Of a DNA stretch of 64,000 bases, positions 62,901 to 64,000 are shown piece after piece; position 1 is the first letter of the stretch, and every line of letters begins with the position of its first letter. Position numbers and translations under genes: made by a program. The stretch is from Podarcis vaucheri (lineage: Eukaryota). The stretch lies in the NCBI GenBank assembly GCA_965113315.1, contig OZ220365.1; one strand, 5' to 3'. The notes under the pieces are model-generated. The model was not told the origin of the DNA and made no database searches. It saw only the letters and a program-made list of their open reading frames with translations.

Positions 62901-63077
62901 TAGGTTATTGAAATATGTTCTGAAATGTTGTGGTGATGTTTCACTTAGGCCCAAGGTTTCCATGGTGAAGTTGAAGATCTGCAACAATGGCTGACAGAAA
63001 CGGAGCGTCAGCTTTTGGCATCAAAACCAGTTGGTGGTTTACCAGAGACTGCAAGAGAACAGCTTAATATCCATATG
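240..63077 (+). CDS. DST: Dystonin (BPAG1) spectraplakin, partial multi-exon gene: 32 spectrin-repeat rod exons, gene extends beyond both window edges
   Basis: 32 GT-AG exons with compatible phases give one continuous frame. Peptides such as [74 protein letters not shown] and [24 protein letters not shown] match human DST as recalled, better than MACF1. Confidence 0.95.
1264..1581 (+). CDS. DST: DST rod exon 2 ([10 protein letters not shown]...SLYVQ), phase 0-0
   Basis: cccag acceptor, CAG|gtactg donor, 318 nt open. Confidence 0.92.
1758..1924 (+). CDS. DST: DST rod exon 3 (ETNTEL...ETIREK), phase 0-2
   Basis: tttaaag acceptor, AA|gtgagt donor. Confidence 0.9.
3080..3236 (+). CDS. DST: DST rod exon 4 (EEDVSSCQ...LQNTK), phase 2-0
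   Basis: tgtgcag acceptor, AAG|gtgaga donor. Confidence 0.9.
4029..4152 (+). CDS. DST: DST rod exon 5 ([14 protein letters not shown]...[19 protein letters not shown]), phase 0-1
   Basis: tttcttag acceptor, G|gtatgt donor; not in the ORF track; matches [16 protein letters not shown]. Confidence 0.9.
4220..4248. repeat. (CA)n microsatellite
   Basis: Seen directly. Confidence 0.95.
4361..4428 (-). pseudogene. tRNA-Lys(CTT)-derived relic (tRNA pseudogene or SINE head)
   Basis: Reverse complement TAGCTCAGTCGGTAGAGCATGAAACTCTGAATCTCAGGGTCATGGGTTCAAG resembles vertebrate tRNA-Lys-CTT; acceptor and T stems are broken. Confidence 0.7.
4440..5675 (-). mobile_element. Degraded CR1 LINE fragment (part of ORF1 plus the ORF2 endonuclease region)
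   Basis: Minus-strand peptides CVVVAGDSL (ORF1 esterase motif), [35 protein letters not shown] and GSDH (APE endonuclease); frameshifted. Confidence 0.85.
7994..8062 (+). CDS. DST: DST 69-nt exon 6 ([23 protein letters not shown]), phase 1-1
   Basis: ctctttcag acceptor, G|gtgact donor; matches the DST linker VLNGEG. Confidence 0.85.
9315..9550 (+). CDS. DST: DST rod exon 7 (EVTTVQHN...VDQHK), phase 1-0
   Basis: cttgcag acceptor, AAG|gtagtt donor. Confidence 0.9.
9878..10007 (+). CDS. DST: DST rod exon 8 (LFETELKQN...[13 protein letters not shown]), phase 0-1
   Basis: ttcatag acceptor, G|gtatgg donor. Confidence 0.9.
10685..10884 (+). CDS. DST: DST rod exon 9 (DSKWRELS...KQQVQ), phase 1-0
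   Basis: ttcacag acceptor, CAG|gtgagc donor. Confidence 0.93.
12241..12736 (+). CDS. DST: DST rod exon 10 ([13 protein letters not shown]...MEQKA), phase 0-1
   Basis: ctcatcag acceptor, G|gttcgt donor, 496 nt open. Confidence 0.92.
13139..13393. mobile_element. PIF/Harbinger-like MITE
   Basis: TIR GGGTTCATCCA / TGGATGAGCCC (1 mismatch) flanked by TTA on both sides; a related fragment lies near 32870-33001. Confidence 0.6.
13879..13906. repeat. (TTTG)n microsatellite in the acceptor tract of the 1475-nt exon
   Basis: Seen directly. Confidence 0.9.
13917..15391 (+). CDS. DST: DST large 1475-nt rod exon 11 (GNHIEQLQ...QQLDVFK), phase 1-0
   Basis: ctgcag acceptor, AAG|gtaaga donor; several spectrin repeats in the 512-aa ORF. 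Confidence 0.95.
16117..16155. repeat. 14-bp tandem repeat AATGGTAATTTTTA, about 2.8 copies
   Basis: Seen directly. Confidence 0.85.
16231..16366. mobile_element. Palindromic hAT-like MITE copy
   Basis: ttcccaaactt...actacaattcttatcatccctgacc...gatgggaattatagtccaacaac...aagtttgggaa. Confidence 0.65.
17655..17800 (+). mobile_element. L2-like LINE 3' fragment
   Basis: Peptide [15 protein letters not shown] resembles the L2 ORF2 C-terminal RAFSxxAPxLWNxLP motif. Confidence 0.5.
18130..19065 (-). mobile_element. Degraded L1/Tx1-like LINE ORF2 C-terminal fragment
   Basis: Minus-strand [12 protein letters not shown]...[10 protein letters not shown]...DW followed by KMLHRW and a Cys/His-containing tract, typical of the L1-clade C-terminal domain. 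Confidence 0.65.
19211..19575 (+). mobile_element. Sauria SINE, full length
   Basis: GGGACGTGGGTGGCGCTGTGG head, TTCGAATCC B-box, ACCTTT tail, 11-bp TSD TATATCCCACC (19200-19210 / 19576-19586). Confidence 0.9.
19587..19757 (-). mobile_element. Older tRNA/CORE-type SINE remnant interrupted by the Sauria SINE
   Basis: cctcacaacagtcctgt...gcccaaggtcacccagtgagcttcatg...ggggatttgaa motif string; its TTTA-rich tail lies at about 19170-19200, on the other side of the insertion. Confidence 0.55.
19825..19946. mobile_element. Short palindromic MITE-like element
   Basis: Inverted arms tagtcatgcttagagtag...ctactctaagcacgacta; a similar hairpin lies at about 3370-3475. Confidence 0.5.
20498..20563. repeat. 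(TATAT)n microsatellite at the tail of an L2-like 3' end
   Basis: Seen directly; preceded by accaccctgagacc...gggcggtata. Confidence 0.9.
24300..25933 (+). promoter_or_regulatory. Candidate internal promoter / 5' leader of the alternative DST first exon (boundaries approximate)
   Basis: Lies directly upstream of the ATG at 25934; no recognisable TE; locally more CpG around 24400-24850 than the flanking intron; inferred from position. Confidence 0.35.
24853..24872. repeat. A20 homopolymer
   Basis: Seen directly. Confidence 0.95.
25934..27223 (+). CDS. DST: Putative alternative first coding exon of DST (430 codons), KIAA0754 / MACF1-isoform-6/7-like N-terminus
   Basis: Long intronic ORF; GAAATGG Kozak; in-frame TAA at 25889; AAG|gtaatt phase-0 donor compatible with the exon at 31311; N-terminal blocks resemble human KIAA0754 as recalled. 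Confidence 0.8.
28599..28624. repeat. (GT)n microsatellite
   Basis: Seen directly. Confidence 0.95.
30095..30797 (+). mobile_element. CR1 LINE 3' fragment (RT remnant plus 3' UTR), internally deleted
   Basis: [17 protein letters not shown]-like RT motif, [18 protein letters not shown], and a 3' UTR ggccactgtgagaac...ctagatgggc shared with other copies. Confidence 0.8.
31311..31472 (+). CDS. DST: DST rod exon 12 ([11 protein letters not shown]...KTLNKK), phase 0-0
   Basis: Long pyrimidine tract with ctgaag acceptor, AAG|gtacgt donor. Confidence 0.92.
32280..32450 (+). CDS. DST: DST rod exon 13 ([13 protein letters not shown]...IQEQK), phase 0-0
   Basis: ttgttag acceptor, AAA|gtgagt donor. 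Confidence 0.93.
34900..35066 (+). CDS. DST: DST rod exon 14 (LLQRLLDDR...KAETR), phase 0-2
   Basis: ctccag acceptor, AG|gtacct donor. Confidence 0.92.
35474..35633 (+). CDS. DST: DST rod exon 15 (NHQLEGIS...ISQHK), phase 2-0
   Basis: ttgtag acceptor, AAA|gtaaga donor. Confidence 0.92.
35863..36189 (+). CDS. DST: DST 327-nt exon 16 (AFEEDIAT...QTEML), phase 0-0
   Basis: catttag acceptor, CTG|gtattt donor; contains [17 protein letters not shown]. Confidence 0.88.
36435..36519 (+). CDS. DST: DST rod exon 17 ([15 protein letters not shown]...KQTT), phase 0-1
   Basis: ttctag acceptor, G|gtgaga donor. Confidence 0.9.
36790..36950 (+). mobile_element. Old tRNA-derived (MIR/CORE-like) SINE remnant
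   Basis: ggtgtagcatagtggttgagagc A-box-like, agttcaaat B-box-like, gtgacattaggcaaacca...tctcagcct core-like. Confidence 0.5.
37414..37767 (+). mobile_element. Sauria SINE, full length
   Basis: GGGACGCGGGTGGCGCTGTGG head, GGTTCGAATCC B-box, (ACCTTT)n tail, 12-bp TSD TATTCAGTTGAA (37402-37413 / 37768-37779). Confidence 0.92.
38773..38893. mobile_element. Palindromic hAT-like MITE copy
   Basis: CAGGGA...tccagatgttgttggact...agtccaacaacatctgga...TCCCTG. Confidence 0.7.
39131..39372 (+). CDS. DST: DST rod exon 18 ([11 protein letters not shown]...QERQK), phase 1-0
   Basis: ttgcag acceptor, AAG|gtgagc donor. Confidence 0.92.
39958..40164 (+). CDS. DST: DST rod exon 19 (ALKKEAK...[11 protein letters not shown]...RSQQ), phase 0-0
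   Basis: tttttag acceptor, CAG|gtaaaa donor. Confidence 0.92.
41313..41440. mobile_element. Degenerate hAT-like MITE copy
   Basis: agccttctctaacttggtgccctc...ggatggggaaggct inverted ends. Confidence 0.5.
43167..43286 (+). CDS. DST: DST rod exon 20 ([11 protein letters not shown]...LQVQK), phase 0-0
   Basis: ctttag acceptor, AAG|gtgaac donor. Confidence 0.92.
43432..43539 (+). CDS. DST: DST rod exon 21 ([11 protein letters not shown]...QTMK), phase 0-0
   Basis: aattag acceptor, AAG|gtaatg donor. Confidence 0.88.
43690..43990 (+). mobile_element. CR1 LINE 3' end
   Basis: ctatggaacttgctcccacagg...ggctttaaaagaggattagacaaattcat...ctagatggaccattggcctgatccagcagg. Confidence 0.75.
44293..44511 (+). 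CDS. DST: DST rod exon 22 (KKLEGLL...QQEEHR), phase 0-0
   Basis: taatag acceptor, CGG|gtaagt donor. Confidence 0.92.
45978..46181 (+). CDS. DST: DST rod exon 23 ([15 protein letters not shown]...SQSTQ), phase 0-0
   Basis: ctatag acceptor, CAG|gtaaca donor. Confidence 0.93.
46689..47184. mobile_element. Non-autonomous hAT DNA transposon, 496 bp
   Basis: 15-bp TIR CAGGGGTCTGCAACC / GGTTGCAGATCCCTG (1 mismatch), perfect 8-bp TSD AGCTAGAT, CpG-rich interior. Confidence 0.9.
47709..47940 (+). CDS. DST: DST rod exon 24 (FHDKID...DISAK), phase 0-1
   Basis: gcatag acceptor, G|gtagac donor. Confidence 0.92.
48036..48262 (+). CDS. DST: DST rod exon 25 (VVQDKLDQM...QEAAE), phase 1-0
   Basis: tcctag acceptor after a 95-nt intron, GAG|gtaggt donor. 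Confidence 0.92.
48745..48945 (+). mobile_element. CR1 3' UTR remnant
   Basis: gcatctgattaaccactgtgagaacatgatgctggactagat, shared with 30700-30790 and 60890-60960. Confidence 0.65.
49201..49336. mobile_element. hAT MITE, 136 bp, near-perfect hairpin
   Basis: TIR CAGGCTTCCTCAAACTC / GAGTTTGAGGAAGCCTG, perfect 8-bp TSD GCATAGTG (49193-49200 / 49337-49344). Confidence 0.9.
50158..50280 (+). CDS. DST: DST rod exon 26 ([10 protein letters not shown]...KSIDE), phase 0-0
   Basis: tttttag acceptor, GAG|gtatga donor. Confidence 0.92.
50784..50885 (+). CDS. DST: DST rod exon 27 ([10 protein letters not shown]...QDGLQ), phase 0-0
   Basis: atgcag acceptor, CAG|gtaagg donor. Confidence 0.92.
51352..51494. 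mobile_element. Palindromic hAT-like MITE copy
   Basis: gggaacctgtggtcctccagacgttg...caacacctggagggccccagattctcc. Confidence 0.65.
51656..51725. repeat. Compound (GT)n(GA)n microsatellite
   Basis: Seen directly. Confidence 0.95.
52770..53020 (-). mobile_element. L2-like LINE 3' end
   Basis: Reverse complement gagaacaggccttctctgcagtggcaccccgtctgtggaatgct ([11 protein letters not shown]) followed by a T-rich tail. Confidence 0.65.
54285..54432. mobile_element. Penelope-like terminal remnant
   Basis: Inverted arms ttgtggcactttaaagactaac...gttagttcttaagacaccacaa; family assignment from memory. Confidence 0.4.
54904..55005 (+). CDS. DST: DST rod exon 28 ([10 protein letters not shown]...EEMK), phase 0-0
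   Basis: ttacag acceptor, AAG|gtatga donor. Confidence 0.92.
56890..56922. repeat. (TG)n(CG)n alternating purine-pyrimidine tract
   Basis: Seen directly. Confidence 0.9.
57443..57616 (+). CDS. DST: DST rod exon 29 ([13 protein letters not shown]...IVSRQ), phase 0-0
   Basis: ccacag acceptor, CAG|gtaaat donor. Confidence 0.93.
57945..58143 (+). mobile_element. CR1 LINE 3' end
   Basis: aactttctgacagtaagagctgttcgacagtg...ggttggactagatgaccctcagggtcccttccacctctacagttctatga, a typical CR1 terminus. Confidence 0.85.
59357..59512 (+). CDS. DST: DST rod exon 30 (HKLEGALL...ELAKHH), phase 0-0
   Basis: ttacag acceptor, CAT|gtacgt donor. Confidence 0.92.
60690..60962 (+). mobile_element. CR1 LINE 3' end
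   Basis: gatggctttaaaataggattaga...ggccactgtgagaaccggatgctggactagatgggccattggc. Confidence 0.75.
61278..61550. mobile_element. Tc1/mariner-superfamily (Tigger/pogo-like) MITE, 273 bp
   Basis: TA|CAGTGGTGCCTCGCAAGACGAA...TTCGTCTTGCGAGGTACCACTG|TA; TA TSD; CpG intact. Confidence 0.9.
61671..61868 (+). CDS. DST: DST rod exon 31 ([10 protein letters not shown]...SALIQ), phase 0-0
   Basis: ctgcag acceptor, CAG|gtgtgt donor. Confidence 0.92.
62206..62561 (+). mobile_element. Sauria SINE, full length
   Basis: GGGACGCGGGTGGCGCTGTGG head, AGTTCGAATCC B-box, ACCTTTACC tail, TSD TTACTGTATGG (62197-62207 / 62562-62572, last bases shared with the SINE head). Confidence 0.92.
62703..62733. repeat. (TTCC)n microsatellite
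   Basis: Seen directly. Confidence 0.9.
62949..63077 (+). CDS. DST: DST rod exon 32 ([11 protein letters not shown]...QLNIHM), phase 0-0
   Basis: acttag acceptor, ATG|gtaagg donor. Confidence 0.92.
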
Positions 63078-63749
63078 GTAAGGATCTCAATATTGCAGAT
63101 GGTCCCAATTTGGAAGCTAAACTTTTGTGGCCGTTTGTAGTGAAACATTTGCAAAGTGAAATGCCTGTAAGGTTTAATGAGAACACTCTTATTTTTTTGG
63201 TAATTTACTAATTAGCAAAACTGATTGAGCAGTACATGTGTATGTCTGAACAGTTCTCAGCATTATTTTATGGGGAAGAAAAAGACTTTAAGGGTATTGT
63301 TGATGACTCTGTTACTCAGCTATAAAGTTTAGCTGAGTACTAGAGTCATCAAGAATACCCTTAAAGTCTTTCTCTTCCCTGTAAAATAATGCTGAGAACT
63401 GCTCAGACAGTTGAGTTTTTCCTTTTTTTCTTTTCTGTATATCCTCATCTTTAAACCAGATTGTTTTTGAATTTACTTGCAGTCTCAAATTTGAGAGCTT
63501 ATTCTATTGTTCCTTAGCTTTTGTTAGGACATTTTTTAAAAAGCTAGCCAATGATTGCAGAACATTCTCCATTTATTATTTCCTGCCTCATCAATACAAC
63601 TCATGTTACCAGTACACAGAGGCAAAGACTGTACTCTAAGTTACCAGACAGCACAATGGTATTCTTCTTTTCAGTGTCTGAATGAAGTAGTTCAGAGCCA
63701 AAACCTCATTAACAGTTCCCTGCCCTCTTGTACTTAGAATATAAGATTA

Positions 63750-64000
63750 CCGTATTTTTCGCCCTATAGGACGCACCGGCCCATAGGACGCACCTAGATT
63801 TTTTTTGGGGGGGAATAAAGGGGAAAAATCCCCCCCCCCAGGTGCGGGGCTGGGGTGGGGGAAGCTCAGGCTTCCCCCGACGCCAGCCCCCAGAACAGGA
63901 CCCAGAGCGATGCCGAAGCTGCGTGCAGCTTTGGCATCGCTCTGGGAGCTTGCGGGGCTGGAGGAGTGCTGCGCCTCCCGCTGTCCCCCGAGTTTGCGGG
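63750..64000. mobile_element. Left end of a Tc1/mariner-superfamily (pogo/Tigger-like) element running off the window
   Basis: TA|CCGTATTTTTCGCCCTATAGGACGCAC with a repeated ATAGGACGCACC subterminal motif and a GC/CpG-rich interior; right TIR not visible. Confidence 0.65.

Noticed and set aside
240-63077. Calling the gene MACF1 because of the KIAA0754-like exon
   Set aside because: The rod exon peptides follow the recalled human DST sequence almost residue for residue (e.g. [34 protein letters not shown]), so the exon is better read as the DST paralogue of KIAA0754

Overview
Eukaryotic (vertebrate) genomic DNA from a squamate reptile, probably a lacertid lizard judging by its Sauria SINEs. 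The whole window lies inside one + strand gene, the spectraplakin dystonin (DST/BPAG1). I could splice 32 consecutive GT-AG coding exons (240 to 63077) into one open frame. It encodes the central and distal spectrin-repeat rod and closely follows the human DST sequence as I recall it. The gene starts before the window and ends after it. The main surprise is in the largest intron (15392-31310): a 1290-nt non-spectrin coding exon (ATG 25934, donor after 27223). It has a strong Kozak context and an upstream in-frame stop, and its phase-0 donor can join the next rod exon in frame. Its N-terminus ([15 protein letters not shown]...[14 protein letters not shown]...) resembles the KIAA0754 / MACF1 isoform 6/7 N-terminus nested in the paralogue MACF1. 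It predicts an internally initiated short dystonin with no actin-binding or plakin domain, possibly lipid-anchored and carrying a DSGxxS degron. The introns otherwise hold typical squamate repeats: three Sauria SINEs with TSDs, CR1, L1/Tx1 and L2 fragments, hAT, Tc1/mariner and Harbinger-like MITEs, a tRNA-Lys-derived relic and microsatellites. There are no prokaryotic features or CRISPR arrays, and most short ORFs in the supplied track are spurious. All homology statements come from memory, not from a search.
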